A DNA stretch of 64,000 bases, from positions 2,500-66,499 of the forward strand of contig JAFSWU010000005.1 in assembly GCA_017444365.1 (NCBI GenBank), read 5' to 3'. Positions within the stretch are counted from its first letter, which is position 1. The number at the start of each line of letters is the position of its first letter. The translations under genes were made by a program, and so were the position numbers. Under the pieces are notes generated by a model. The model was not told the origin of the DNA. It searched no databases and saw only the letters and a program-made list of their open reading frames with translations. Source of the stretch: Prevotella sp. Lineage in GTDB: Bacteria > Bacteroidota > Bacteroidia > Bacteroidales > Bacteroidaceae. Shown one piece after another: positions 21,201 to 30,699 of this stretch.

Positions 21201-21624
21201 CCACCTCACTCATGTTGAAGGTCTGTGCTGCCACAGACACCTCATTGTCGGGGATGGCGAGACCGCCGCTGTTGAACTTCTTCTTGGCGACCACGACCAC
21301 CTCAGTAATCATGTTCTCGTCTTCCAGTGTGATGTCGAAGACGGTTTTGTCGCCGATGGGCAGAATCTTGGTTTTATATCCGATGTAAGAAACCTTGAGT
21401 TTGTTCTTGGTGTTCATTACTTCCATTGAGAAGTTACCATTGATGTCGGTCTGACCTTGAGACACGATACGGTTGTTGGCATCAATCTCAACGACATTAC
21501 ACATCATCACGGGTCCGTCAACATCGTTGACCGTACCTGAGATACGGGTTCCTTGTGCCATGGCGACTGTTGAGAACAGTGCGAAGACGGCGAGGAACAG
21601 ATATTTTATCTTGTTTGTTTTCAT
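18223..21624 (-). CDS. SusC/RagA-family TonB-dependent transporter
   Basis: LRGVTSI..EPLIVVDG, ILKDAAATAIWGSRGANGVISITTKRG, LQWERT, EDASFVRL, terminal Phe. Confidence 0.95.
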   Translation of the reverse strand: MKTNKIKYLFLAVFALFSTVAMAQGTRISGTVNDVDGPVMMCNVVEIDANNRIVSQGQTDINGNFSMEVMNTKNKLKVSYIGYKTKILPIGDKTVFDITLEDENMITEVVVVAKKKFNSGGLAIPDNEVSVAAQTFNMSEVEGLSFTSADEALQGKIAGLDIIANSGNLGAGTSMRLRGVTSINGSAEPLIVVDGNIFDNPDENFDFTNANEETYASLLSVNPQDIDKIDILKDAAATAIWGSRGANGVISITTKRGARGNTKVDYSFRLQASWQPKGYNLLNGDDYTMMLKEEFYNPTQNRNFTNNINEINYPTFDQWADAPNWNNNTDWVKEVTQTGISQYHYVVISGGGEKANFRISAGYDKQEGTIIKQTLNRFSTKLVLDYFVSDRIKFSTTFPLTYTENNRNYTDILPIAQKMAPNMSVYRQGADEQDTNEYYIMMPSGSSDEAGSSVTGTSSRQLSAIRSLGNPVAIANLAWRKEETYRISPEFKLDYYLLGKEDDHTRLDYTGLVYIDIFSKSEPKYWPGSLSTDAWSTGNYNHSEQYDYNSLAITTRHTLTFTPHFKNQDWFSTMLIRGELTTGTNNHQNLVTSNIPNGITSPSVAGYLRNMSTGNGEWRSMSGIYSGHLSYKSRYAMDFSVRVDGTTKFGDDKKWGIFPGLSGRWNISDEPFMKWSKKWLSMLAFRPSWGIVGNQPGSEYLQYAKYNISGIYAGQNVAYLESLQLDKLQWERTMSYNIGGNFGFFNDLITGDFNYYYKKTKNLLMSGVRIPYTTGFSSLPWTNVGDMENKGWELNIEGNKFLKIGKFSMSANFNISQNFNEIVKMDESVLESINSEWKASDRTGYLNRIQVGNPLGSIYGYRYKGVYRYEYDDLIEMRKDPVTGAELSEDAYRQKLNDWFASSTDADPHTAPVVIDDNGHVVMNSNGTPKSLMYDYDGTNYYFKGGDAIYEDVNHDGQINGLDVVYLGNANPKFMGGFGFNFFYGDWSLKTSFSFRTGMKVVNSARRGLEEMYGSYNQLSSVNWRWRKSGDITVMPRALYNTGWNSLGSDRYVEDASFVRLSYVQLNYNFNKKMLKAIGLRRLQLSLSAQNLFVLSKYSGIEPEVAPKTWGVAYDGSLTPRSKSVTLNINVGF

Positions 21625-21644
21625 ATCCTATATATAATAAGGTG

Positions 21645-24600
21645 TTAGAAAGTGTAGTCATATCGGTAGATGCCGTCTGCCGTCTTGGTTCCGCCGTACT
21701 GCTCGATGATGTTTTTCTCCGTAGGATTGAGCGGAGTATCGATTTCGTGAATCACGGCGAAAGAAGAGGTTACGATACCTGAAGCCTTTGTATAGAGGTC
21801 GTTGAAGATGAAGTCGCGGGCCATCTGGTTCTGCAGCTTGGCATCGTTCTTCTCCACGCTCACGGTTACACCCGTGTTGTCTGTGACCTTGAGCACGTTG
21901 GCTCCGCCGCTCACGTTCACACGATAGGGAACGCTGTTGCTGTTCAGGGCAGCGGTCAGACACTCCTGAGCCTTGATATTCTGGTCGATGAATACCGAGT
22001 TGGTCTGGAAGTGGTAGCGCACGAAGGCGTTGATAACCTCACACATCGTACGAATCTTCTCTTGCTTCTGGGAAGCCGAGAGTTCTCTGTCTTGTGAAAC
22101 GGCACGTACGTCATCCCATCTGGGAAGACCGGCAGCGTATGCCTTCTGCATGGCATCGTTGTTGGGCATATAGACCGTGTAGTTATAGGACTTGAAGAAG
22201 TTCACGTCCATATCGGGACACTTCTGCGCACCCACGTTACCCGGGTTGTTGGTGAAGATGGTGTAGAGGGGCATCTTGGCCACACGCTCTCTCTCGTCGT
22301 AGGCAACAGAGAGGAGTGAGGTACGTACCTCGGTGGTTGTACCGGCAAGGCGGCCCATACAGAGTGAGAGGAACTCCGAGAAGCGGCTGCAGTCTTTCAC
22401 CGGATTCTCGGTATTGGTATTCAGCTTCGTACCGTTACGGTTGGCAAAGAAGGTAGCGAAGACCGATGTGAGCGGTGTCTCGACGGGATGGTCAACCACG
22501 ACGGTTGTACCATTCTCCTGGTCGCTGATGGACACGATGCGCGAGACGGGGCGTCCGAGGTCGATCTGGGCACCGCTACGGATGGTTCCGTAGTACGTGT
22601 TGCCATCTCCACCATCCTCACCGTTGCGGTTGATCTTCACTTCCAGTCCGGCACCGTTCTTTCCGAGGAAATAGGTATTGTGCTCAAGATCCTGGTTAGC
22701 TTCCAACACGATGGTGTGTGTGTTCAGGATGTCCTTGAACTGTGAGGCGGGGAACGAGCTTCCCGACAATTCCACAGAGTCTTTGCTCTCGTCGCGCACG
22801 TAGAATCCTGTTGCGGCATCCTTCTTGGCGGGATAAGAGTAGCAACGCACGAATGGGTTACCAGTCTCTACGCTCGGGTCATAGACGAAGTTGAGGAATC
22901 GGGGTGAATGTCCCAGATAGGGAGCATCGAGATAGAATCCTCCGAAAGCGTCGTCGTTGGGAACGATGAGTCCGTAGTTGGAGCTCATGGCGAGCAGGTA
23001 GGCGTAGTAGTTCAAGTTGATGGGGAGGAGGTTGGCAATCGGCTCCGAAGCGTCACCGTCGTTCACGGCATCGCGGAAGATGTTCATATCCTCGGCAAAC
23101 AGCATCGGTGCAGTAACTGCACTGAAGCGGTCGGGTGAGAACACCTTGTTCAGCATATAGATGACACCGTTGTTGGTGATGCGCACATCGTACTTGCCGG
23201 TTGTCTCGTCCTTGGCCAGGTCGTTCACGGTCAGTCCCATGGGGTCACCGGAGCCGGCCTTCACCACGCTGGCGAACTTGCTGGGCACAGAGGCCGAGAA
23301 AGAAGCCTTCATGAAGTTGTTGAGGAAGTCCTTGACCACATTGATGTCGATGGCATCGATATTCTCGAGGAAGGCCTGCTCCGACATTCCTTCGCTCACG
23401 GGATGTGAGCCGTAGCGCTTCATGATGTTGATACCCTTGGAGTCTGTGGTGAAGAACTTCCACATGGCCTCGTCGGTGGGTACGAACATGGCAGCCACGT
23501 CAGCAAGGGCGTTGGCACCGGTAGCACCTGTGTTATAGGTGTTCCATCCCGGGTCGAAGCTCAGCAGGTAGTTGAAGCGGTTGCGGTTGGGGTCTGACGA
23601 CAAAGCATTACCTCCCTGTGAGCGTGCGCTGAAGTAACGCTTCTGGAAGATCGTGTCGATAGGATTCATGCGCTCGCTGCTACCAGAACGCTGTGCGGTC
23701 TCGTTGAACTCCTGCACGATGGCGTTGTAGGCAGCTGTGGTGCTGGGATCGGAGAACGGGGCCGAGAAACGTTCCAGCATGCGGCTGAAATAGCGTGTGT
23801 TGGAGCTTGTGCGGATCACCTCAGCCATGTTTCCCGGGGGCACGAGCACGTCTTCGAGCTGGTGGATGTAACCGTTAGAACAGGTGAGTCCCTGCAGGTT
23901 GGGAGCAGGGGTGACAATCTGGTTACGGAAGACGTAGGACTTGTCAGTCGTGTAGGGTGTGCCGGTGATGATGGCGAAGTCGCTGTTGTCATCCCCTTCG
24001 AGGTGAGTGATGGAGTTCTTGTTCAGATACTCCTTCGTGAGGTGTACCATCATGGGGTCTGTACCATCAGTCACCATGTCGATTCCTCGGGTGTAGAAAC
24101 GCTCCCAGTACTTGTTGTTCTGGGGGAAGTTGGCTGCACCGATGGCATGCGTGATGGAGTCGGTCAGTGAAGAGTAGGTAGTCTGCTTGATAGCAATACC
24201 CTTATCGACATTCGATGTCGTACCTCCACTGAAGGGCACATTTGACAGCATGGTCACCAGCTGTGCGTTTTTCAACATGGAGTAGCGGAGCAGAAGACGC
24301 TTCTGGTTGGTCGTCAGGTCTTCGTAGCTGGATACTCCCCAGTTGTTGTTGCTGTAGAAGCGTTGGAAAGCCTCGTCGTTGGCAGGGAAGATGGTTACAG
24401 AACCTGTTCTGTTCAACATATCCGCCTGCCCCAAATCATCGATGAGGCGCAGGTAGTTGTTGAACGTCCCTTTCAATCCAGATGCTTCCGAATTCTTCAG
24501 CGTAGAGTAGATCGGACCATTGAGGAAACTGGGATAGTTGCCCGGTTCATCAAGGTCGTAATCATCCTTACACGCTGTGAATCCACCACAGACAACAGCC

Positions 24601-24653
24601 AAGAGCAGGCCGTATAAAGCCCTCTTGGACAGTTCAATAAAGCGGTAATTCAT
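21645..24653 (-). CDS. Large fasciclin (FAS1)-like lipoprotein
   Basis: Lipobox FTAC; TIFPANDEAF, NGYIHQL, AMFVPTDEA, NGVIYML, YTVYMPNNDA. Confidence 0.8.
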   Translation of the reverse strand: MNYRFIELSKRALYGLLLAVVCGGFTACKDDYDLDEPGNYPSFLNGPIYSTLKNSEASGLKGTFNNYLRLIDDLGQADMLNRTGSVTIFPANDEAFQRFYSNNNWGVSSYEDLTTNQKRLLLRYSMLKNAQLVTMLSNVPFSGGTTSNVDKGIAIKQTTYSSLTDSITHAIGAANFPQNNKYWERFYTRGIDMVTDGTDPMMVHLTKEYLNKNSITHLEGDDNSDFAIITGTPYTTDKSYVFRNQIVTPAPNLQGLTCSNGYIHQLEDVLVPPGNMAEVIRTSSNTRYFSRMLERFSAPFSDPSTTAAYNAIVQEFNETAQRSGSSERMNPIDTIFQKRYFSARSQGGNALSSDPNRNRFNYLLSFDPGWNTYNTGATGANALADVAAMFVPTDEAMWKFFTTDSKGINIMKRYGSHPVSEGMSEQAFLENIDAIDINVVKDFLNNFMKASFSASVPSKFASVVKAGSGDPMGLTVNDLAKDETTGKYDVRITNNGVIYMLNKVFSPDRFSAVTAPMLFAEDMNIFRDAVNDGDASEPIANLLPINLNYYAYLLAMSSNYGLIVPNDDAFGGFYLDAPYLGHSPRFLNFVYDPSVETGNPFVRCYSYPAKKDAATGFYVRDESKDSVELSGSSFPASQFKDILNTHTIVLEANQDLEHNTYFLGKNGAGLEVKINRNGEDGGDGNTYYGTIRSGAQIDLGRPVSRIVSISDQENGTTVVVDHPVETPLTSVFATFFANRNGTKLNTNTENPVKDCSRFSEFLSLCMGRLAGTTTEVRTSLLSVAYDERERVAKMPLYTIFTNNPGNVGAQKCPDMDVNFFKSYNYTVYMPNNDAMQKAYAAGLPRWDDVRAVSQDRELSASQKQEKIRTMCEVINAFVRYHFQTNSVFIDQNIKAQECLTAALNSNSVPYRVNVSGGANVLKVTDNTGVTVSVEKNDAKLQNQMARDFIFNDLYTKASGIVTSSFAVIHEIDTPLNPTEKNIIEQYGGTKTADGIYRYDYTF

Positions 24654-24721
24654 ACATTTAAAGATTTAGTTATTATAATTGTTTTCATTTGATATACATC
24701 AAAGGTAGTCGTTTCAATCGG

Positions 24722-24729
24722 CAAATATA
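24722..24729 (-). promoter_or_regulatory. -7 promoter box for the fasciclin/SusCD operon
   Basis: TATATTTG on the minus strand, about 70 nt upstream of the start. Confidence 0.6.
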
Positions 24730-24802
24730 CTATAAATTTTTGAAAAAAATAACTTATTTACGATTTTTTTTATGTTAAAAATGAAAATCTCTCCCAACCC
24801 TG

Positions 24803-24833
24803 TTTGTCTGAACGGCAATTATTTGTATCTTTG
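24803..24833 (+). promoter_or_regulatory. Sigma-A promoter for the AAA ATPase
   Basis: TTTG-N19-TATCTTTG. Confidence 0.7.
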
Positions 24834-24879
24834 CAAAAGTAATGCCTGTTACTGTAACAACAAATACTATTTATTGCTT

Positions 24880-26196
24880 ATGAAGTTCTATGATAGAGAA
24901 GGTGAGCAGCGTACGCTGCGGAACATGCTCCAGCAAAGCAAGCGTGAGGCGCGGATGACAATACTGATGGGGCGTAGGCGCATCGGCAAGACAGAGCTTT
25001 CCGTCAGGTGCGGCGATGAAATTGCTTTGTATTTCTTCGTTGGAAAAAAAGCAGAGACGCTGCTCTGCCAGGACTATGTACGTGAGATTCGCGAGAAGCT
25101 GGATACGCCCATCCTCGGCATCCCAAACACCTTCTCCGAAGTATTCCGCTTTGTGCTCCAAATGTCTGAAAGCCGGCCGTTCACACTGGTCATCGACGAG
25201 TTCCAGAATTTCCTGAAGATCAATCCCACCATCTTCAGTGACATCCAACGCGACTGGGACTTGCACAAGCGCAGCAGCCACTTGAACCTCATCATCAGTG
25301 GTTCGGTTTTTACGCTAATGACCAAGATATTCGAAGACAAAGAGGAACCTCTCTTCGGACGTGCCAATCAGAAGATGACGCTCGAACCATTTACGACCGA
25401 TGTACTGAAACAGATACTCGCAGACTTCAATCCCGACTATACCCCCGAAGACTTACTGACGCTGTACAGCATAACCGGTGGCGTTCCCTGGTATGTCGCG
25501 CTGTTGCTCGACAAGGGCAATACCAGCAGAGAAAAGATGCTCGCTGCGTTGACTGAGGAAAACTCGCCGTTCATCAACGAGGGAAAGAATATTCTGATAG
25601 AGGAGTTCGGCACCGACTATGTGACCTATTTCTCCATCCTCACCTGCATAGCCAACGGCATGAAGACCCGTTCGGAAATAGAAAACGAGTTGGGCAACAA
25701 CAATATTGGGCCTTATCTGGTGAAACTGGAGGACTACTACAAAGTCATCAACAAGTCGCTCCCCATCTTTGCCAAGGAAAACAGCAAGAAAGTGAGGTAT
25801 CAGCTCAACGACTGCTTCCTGATTTTCTGGTTCCGCTTCTTCTACAAGTATCAGGCACTGGTAGAGAACAAGGCGCTGAAGTCACTGGGTGAAATCATCC
25901 AGAGAGACTACAGCAGTGTGTCAGGCTTCATGATGGAGCGGTATTTTATGAAGAAATTCCGGGAAGAAGGACGATACATCATCGGCAAATGGTGGGACAG
26001 AAAGGGTAGTAACGAGATAGACCTGATAGTCGTTGATCCGATAGCCAAGGAAGCCTGGATATACGAGCTGAAGAAGCAGGGCCATAGGTATAAGGAAGCC
26101 GATTTCAAGGAAAAAGTAGAGAACGTACTGAGCCAGACACCAGAGCTGCGAAAACTCACCATTCACCTCGGTTCGCTGTCGTTGGAGGACATGTAA
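24880..26196 (+). CDS. AAA-family ATP-binding protein (DUF234-like) with a C-terminal PD-(D/E)XK-like domain
   Basis: MKFYDRE start; Walker A GRRRIGKT; Walker B LVIDEFQ; TGGVPWY; WWDRKG.NEIDL...YELK. Confidence 0.85.
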   Translation: MKFYDREGEQRTLRNMLQQSKREARMTILMGRRRIGKTELSVRCGDEIALYFFVGKKAETLLCQDYVREIREKLDTPILGIPNTFSEVFRFVLQMSESRPFTLVIDEFQNFLKINPTIFSDIQRDWDLHKRSSHLNLIISGSVFTLMTKIFEDKEEPLFGRANQKMTLEPFTTDVLKQILADFNPDYTPEDLLTLYSITGGVPWYVALLLDKGNTSREKMLAALTEENSPFINEGKNILIEEFGTDYVTYFSILTCIANGMKTRSEIENELGNNNIGPYLVKLEDYYKVINKSLPIFAKENSKKVRYQLNDCFLIFWFRFFYKYQALVENKALKSLGEIIQRDYSSVSGFMMERYFMKKFREEGRYIIGKWWDRKGSNEIDLIVVDPIAKEAWIYELKKQGHRYKEADFKEKVENVLSQTPELRKLTIHLGSLSLEDM

Positions 26197-26268
26197 CCAT
26201 TTTAAAAGGAGTCGTGCAACCGATATGGCGAGGGAGGAAACCTGAGGTGAAAGCACTGGCGGAAACGA

Positions 26269-26298
26269 AGAAAGAGAGCTTTACGGCTCTCTTTTTTC
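26269..26298. terminator. Bidirectional terminator between the ATPase and the tRNA
   Basis: aagaaagagagc-tttacg-gctctctttttt. Confidence 0.75.
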
Positions 26299-26299
26299 G

Positions 26300-26373
26300 T
26301 GGACCAGCCAGGGCTTGAACCTGGGACCTCCAGATTATGAGTCTGTTGCTCTAACCAACTGAGCTACAAGTCC
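26300..26373 (-). tRNA. tRNA with CAT anticodon, probably Ile2 (lysidine type)
   Basis: GGACTTGTAGCTCAGTTGGTTAGAGCAACAGACTCATAATCTGGAGGTCCCAGGTTCAAGCCCTGGCTGGTCCA folds as a cloverleaf. The paired G1-C72 and the lack of three G-C pairs in the anticodon stem argue against fMet. CCA is not encoded. Confidence 0.93.
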
Positions 26374-26393
26374 TGTTGCTTGAAAAGCGGTTG

Positions 26394-26425
26394 CAAAGAT
26401 ACAGAGAAAATCTGAGACGTGCAAA
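26394..26425 (-). promoter_or_regulatory. tRNA promoter
   Basis: TTTG-N20-TATCTTTG on the minus strand. Confidence 0.8.
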
Positions 26426-26465
26426 TTTTTCGGGTGAATTTTGTTAGTACGATGAACACGAAACG

Positions 26466-26528
26466 AGGGAGACCGATCGGGTCTCCCTTGTAAAAAAAGA
26501 GGATGTGTCAATGTTGACACACCCTCTT
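26466..26528 (-). terminator. Terminator hairpin plus a second hairpin
   Basis: aagaggatgtgtcaa-tg-ttgacacaccctctt with a T-run on the minus strand; neighbouring agggagacc-gatcg-ggtctccct. Confidence 0.7.
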
Positions 26529-26568
26529 AGTTATTCTATAGAAGTAGTTCTATAGTTGTGAGAAGTGA

Positions 26569-29500
26569 TTACTTCACGATTACCTTCTTCACGGCACCGT
26601 TGGTCTTCACGATGTTGAGACCACGCTGCAGGCCATTGACCTGGCGACCGTCGATGCTGTAAACAGCCTTGATGGTAGAGCCAGCAGTCTTGTTCACCTC
26701 GTTGATACCTGTGATCATCTCAGCATAGCGAGGATCGTCGGTACCTGCTACGAAGTAGAGGCGGAAGTTGGTCATCGGAGCCCATGTTCCAGGAGCAGCA
26801 AAGTCAGTTGCCCAACCGAAGGTGATGACACCCTCCTCGCTGACAACACATGTAATCACATTGTCGTACCAAGGAGACTTCTTGGTCAGATCGGCATCGG
26901 CCTCACCGTCTTCATTATAACGGCTGTGAGAGAAGCGCTGAGCCAGCTGGCTGCGGTTGTTGGCGATGAAGTACTGACGGAGTTCACCGGTGTTCATATC
27001 GATGTCACCCTCGAAGGTGAGTGTGTACCAGTCAGAGAGACCGAGGTTGTTGGACAGGAGGTCCTTCTCGTCATCGCTTGTTGGCAATACGTACGGGTTG
27101 GCAATCCAAGTCTTCACCATGTTAGCGTAGAAGTACGGCATCTGGTCGGCGTGTTCCTCGTAAGCAGCGTCGCGAACAGCAGCATCTACATCAGCAAAGC
27201 CCATAGCAACGTTAGAGTCGTTGTTGCAGAGGCGTGCGATACCCTGAGCGTGTACCTCATATACACCGGCGGGGAGTTTACGTCCGTCGGGCAGCTGAGT
27301 GATGGTCTGCCAGATGTTGAAGCCCTTCTTAGAGCCTACAGTCTCGCCAGTCTCCTCGTTCTTGGTGCCAGAAACATAACCCTCGGCGATGTTGTTGGCA
27401 ACAGAGAGAGCAGCATAGTTCTCGTCCTCGTTGTAGCTCCATCCGGGAACCTTACCGTCAACGAGAGCCTCAGCGAACTTCGGGTTCTTGATAGCGAATG
27501 TCAGGTCGTAGGGATAAGCATTCTTGGTGAAGTCGGGGATCTGAAGCTTAGCTACAACGGTAGCCACTTCGTCAACCTTCTCCTGAACGTCGGCAGTAGC
27601 AACAGTTCCATTCTCAACAGCACCGTCAACCACAGCCTTCAGAGCGTTGGCCTCAGTAAGAGCATCGTCAGCAGCGGTAGGACCGTAGTCCTTGATAGCC
27701 TCGGCGAGAGACTTCTGGGCAGCCACGAGCTTCTCGTAAGCAGCAACGCTGGTGTTAGCAGTTGCGATAGCTTCGTCGAGCTGGAGGTAAGCAGCGAGCA
27801 TAGCGTCGCCATCAGCGGCATCCTTACCAGCAGCAACAGCAGCGGCCAGGCTATCCTTAGCCTCTGAAGACATGGGGTTAGCGAGCAGGGCCTCAGCCTG
27901 TGCAACGAATGCATCAAGGGGCTCCTTCACGATTGTTTCGTCAGCACCCTCATAGATCAGGGTCAGCTGGTCGAAGATAGTCCAACCAATGCTATTAGCG
28001 GGAACACCCACGTTCTCACCCTTGATACCCAGACGCATGGGCTGCTTCTCGCGTGCTACGAAAGCAAACTCCATCTTGTAGCTCTCCTCGTAAGGAGCGT
28101 GTGTGAAGATATAGTCAGCAGAATATACACCATTGGGGATGAAGAGAGAGTTAGGATCATCACCATCATCTGTACGGCCATTGCCTTCTACGAGCAGGAA
28201 GTCGTAGGGATATGCAGAAACCTTACCACCGCTTGACTTGTCGGCGTTGAGAGTCTCCTCGTCGTAACCGCCGCCAGCGTCTGTGCCTTCAGCGATACCG
28301 GTGATCTCATCGAGTGTGTACTGACGGTTGCAGATGTTGGGGAATGCCTTCTGCAGCTGGTCGGCATAGAAGAATGCGCAGATGGTGTTGTCACCAGTTG
28401 TTCTGCCTTCTTCGTCAGCCTCTTTCCATACAGTCCAGGCGTTCTTGTCGCCCTGGCAGCAGCGGTAGAAACCACGTGTAGAAACACGGTAGCAACCGGT
28501 CTTCGGGAGAATGATGTCCTGGTGGATGTTGAAGTCACCGTCCCAGCGCTCGAGCACGCGGGGGAGACTTGAGTTATACCAAGTGGGAGAACCATAGCTG
28601 CGGCCGTTGTTGCAGTAAGCACCATTTTCAACAGTCCAGCCAGCGAGTGAGCCTTCAGAGATGAAGTCGGGGTTCTTGAGGAAGCCCTTTGTGATATCGG
28701 TTCCGGGCAGAATCTCATTCGAGAGAATTTCGAGCACGGTTTCCTTGTAGAGACCTTCGAACCACTCCATACCATGCGTGGTCAGCATCTCGGTGGTAAT
28801 CTCCTCGTCAACGGGAGCCAGTGCCAATGCATAGTCACGCCAAGCTGGACCTGGGTCATCTACCAACCAGTCTTCCAAGGTAGCAGCACCTTCGTAAGCC
28901 TCATAGTAGTCGCCCATAGCACCGAGACCTTCGGCAATACCTGTGCTATAGAAGCCTTCATACTGCGTGTCGTACCAAAGACCGAATGCAGCCCATGCAG
29001 CCACGTTGTCGCGCAGAGCCTGGAGGGCAGCTGCGGGAGCGTTAAAGAGCTGGTTAGCTTCCTCAACTGTCGAAATAGTTTCAATCGAAGCAACAGCAGA
29101 ACTTACTGCGTCGTAGTAAGACTGAGTGTAAGTAACGTCAGAAGCGAACTCGTCGGCCCAGTTCTCGTCAAAGGTCAAACGAATAGCAGGTTTATAAGAC
29201 TTCTCGACATCATTGCCGAGGTAGTCGAGCTTGAACTCGCGCCATACTGTCCAGTGGTCACCAGTGGTTTCGTCGGCAACCAGCTTGATGGTGATGTCGC
29301 CTTCCTCAGCCATGGGGAAGAAGAGTTCGTTCACACCGTTGCCCTCGTTGAACCAAGAGTTGGCCTGGGTACGGTTGTTCACAACAGATGAAGCTACGTG
29401 AGCGAGCTCAACCTTGTAGTCACCTGCATAGAGGTATCCATGATGTCCCTCACGAGAGAGAGCGATAGCGGTGAGCTTATAAACACCTGCGGGCAGATGG

Positions 29501-30498
29501 ATGGTCTGCTCAAGTGAATAACCGGAGAGGTTCCAGAACTCAGCGTTCTTGTTGCCTGAGTCGAAGGCATTGGGGTTACCCTTCGGAGCTGTCCATCCAT
29601 TGATGTTTGCATAAGGAGCGGGGTTGGTGATGTACTGCGAAGTGACATCTACAGGATTGTTGAATGCAGGGTATTTTGCCAATTCTACTTTCAGAGCATC
29701 AATAGCAGCGTTAATTTCCTCGAGTGTAGCGTTGTCGTTGTTATAGACAGTCTGAGCTTCGGTAACGTCGATGCCGTTGGCCTGTGCCTTCTCGATAGCG
29801 GCTAACAGGGCGGGAGCGGCAACAGAATAGATCTCGTTGGCCTCGTTGAATGCGTCAGCGTCGTAGAGCATCCACTTTACGCCATCGGGATAGTAGTTGG
29901 CATCCTCTGCGTCAACATAGTTGATGTCCCAATACACAGCGTAGGTGGGATTAGTAGTGCTGTAGTGCTCGGGGTTTACACCTAAGGCGCAACCCTCGAT
30001 GTACATGCCATTGGGGTCGTCAGCGGGAACGGTGATCAGGAAAGTACCGTCTTCCTGCTTGGCAATCACCCAGTTCACCTTCAGTGCAGAGAAGTGACCG
30101 GCATTACCGTCAGAGAAGCAGGTGTTGGTAGAACCAGCCTTGCTGTCGGTGTTGATACGGGCAATCCAGCCCTTGCCAGCAGCGTCTGCAGACCAGAGGT
30201 AGTAAGTACCTGCGGGCAGATCGGTGTTCTCTTGCTTGTCGTTCTTGATCTGATACGTGAAGGGCTTGTTGCCGCTCGCGTCGTTCTCGAAATCGACTAC
30301 GCATGACTGCGTACCCCAAGCCTCACCCTTGGAGAGGAACTTGTCGGCAGCGACGTTGTAGATGAAGTAGCCGTGATCAGTAACGAACTCCGCAGCGGGA
30401 TAGTTCGCAATCTCGGGCTTCTGTCTATCAGCATACGCCGAAGCAGTCGTCATCACTGCCAACAGCAGCAATGAGAAGAAACGGAAAAATTGTTTCAT
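26569..30498 (-). CDS. Large acidic secreted protein with repeated beta-sandwich-like modules and a T9SS-like tail; function unknown
   Basis: Signal peptide; three D[V/I/L]T...[I/L].NP-started modules separated by Ala-rich helical segments; tail TGINEV...VYSIDGRQV...KKVIVK. Confidence 0.8.
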   Translation of the reverse strand: MKQFFRFFSLLLLAVMTTASAYADRQKPEIANYPAAEFVTDHGYFIYNVAADKFLSKGEAWGTQSCVVDFENDASGNKPFTYQIKNDKQENTDLPAGTYYLWSADAAGKGWIARINTDSKAGSTNTCFSDGNAGHFSALKVNWVIAKQEDGTFLITVPADDPNGMYIEGCALGVNPEHYSTTNPTYAVYWDINYVDAEDANYYPDGVKWMLYDADAFNEANEIYSVAAPALLAAIEKAQANGIDVTEAQTVYNNDNATLEEINAAIDALKVELAKYPAFNNPVDVTSQYITNPAPYANINGWTAPKGNPNAFDSGNKNAEFWNLSGYSLEQTIHLPAGVYKLTAIALSREGHHGYLYAGDYKVELAHVASSVVNNRTQANSWFNEGNGVNELFFPMAEEGDITIKLVADETTGDHWTVWREFKLDYLGNDVEKSYKPAIRLTFDENWADEFASDVTYTQSYYDAVSSAVASIETISTVEEANQLFNAPAAALQALRDNVAAWAAFGLWYDTQYEGFYSTGIAEGLGAMGDYYEAYEGAATLEDWLVDDPGPAWRDYALALAPVDEEITTEMLTTHGMEWFEGLYKETVLEILSNEILPGTDITKGFLKNPDFISEGSLAGWTVENGAYCNNGRSYGSPTWYNSSLPRVLERWDGDFNIHQDIILPKTGCYRVSTRGFYRCCQGDKNAWTVWKEADEEGRTTGDNTICAFFYADQLQKAFPNICNRQYTLDEITGIAEGTDAGGGYDEETLNADKSSGGKVSAYPYDFLLVEGNGRTDDGDDPNSLFIPNGVYSADYIFTHAPYEESYKMEFAFVAREKQPMRLGIKGENVGVPANSIGWTIFDQLTLIYEGADETIVKEPLDAFVAQAEALLANPMSSEAKDSLAAAVAAGKDAADGDAMLAAYLQLDEAIATANTSVAAYEKLVAAQKSLAEAIKDYGPTAADDALTEANALKAVVDGAVENGTVATADVQEKVDEVATVVAKLQIPDFTKNAYPYDLTFAIKNPKFAEALVDGKVPGWSYNEDENYAALSVANNIAEGYVSGTKNEETGETVGSKKGFNIWQTITQLPDGRKLPAGVYEVHAQGIARLCNNDSNVAMGFADVDAAVRDAAYEEHADQMPYFYANMVKTWIANPYVLPTSDDEKDLLSNNLGLSDWYTLTFEGDIDMNTGELRQYFIANNRSQLAQRFSHSRYNEDGEADADLTKKSPWYDNVITCVVSEEGVITFGWATDFAAPGTWAPMTNFRLYFVAGTDDPRYAEMITGINEVNKTAGSTIKAVYSIDGRQVNGLQRGLNIVKTNGAVKKVIVK

Positions 30499-30699
30499 AA
30501 GCTTTGATTTTGTTTGTTAGACATTAATTAATTAATAAGAAAAAAAAATAGTTCAATAGAATTGTGTCACACGCGGGCACTTCATGCCCATGCGCATTTC
30601 AGCATGCAAACATACACAAAAAAACAGATTCCGCAATACCTTTTTACTATTAATTGTGTTTTTTTAACACTCTTGGGGTCAACCGAAAGGCAAAGGAAT

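Noticed and set aside
24772-24879. N-terminal extensions in the ORF track (also 6971, 32340, 35878, 44364, 52018, 52896)
   Set aside because: They overlap promoter boxes, terminators, repeats or the upstream gene; downstream ATGs match family N-termini better.
26197-26300. Possible structured RNA or att site between the ATPase and the tRNA
   Set aside because: Only the terminator hairpin is convincing; I found no duplicated tRNA 3' end and no integrase.
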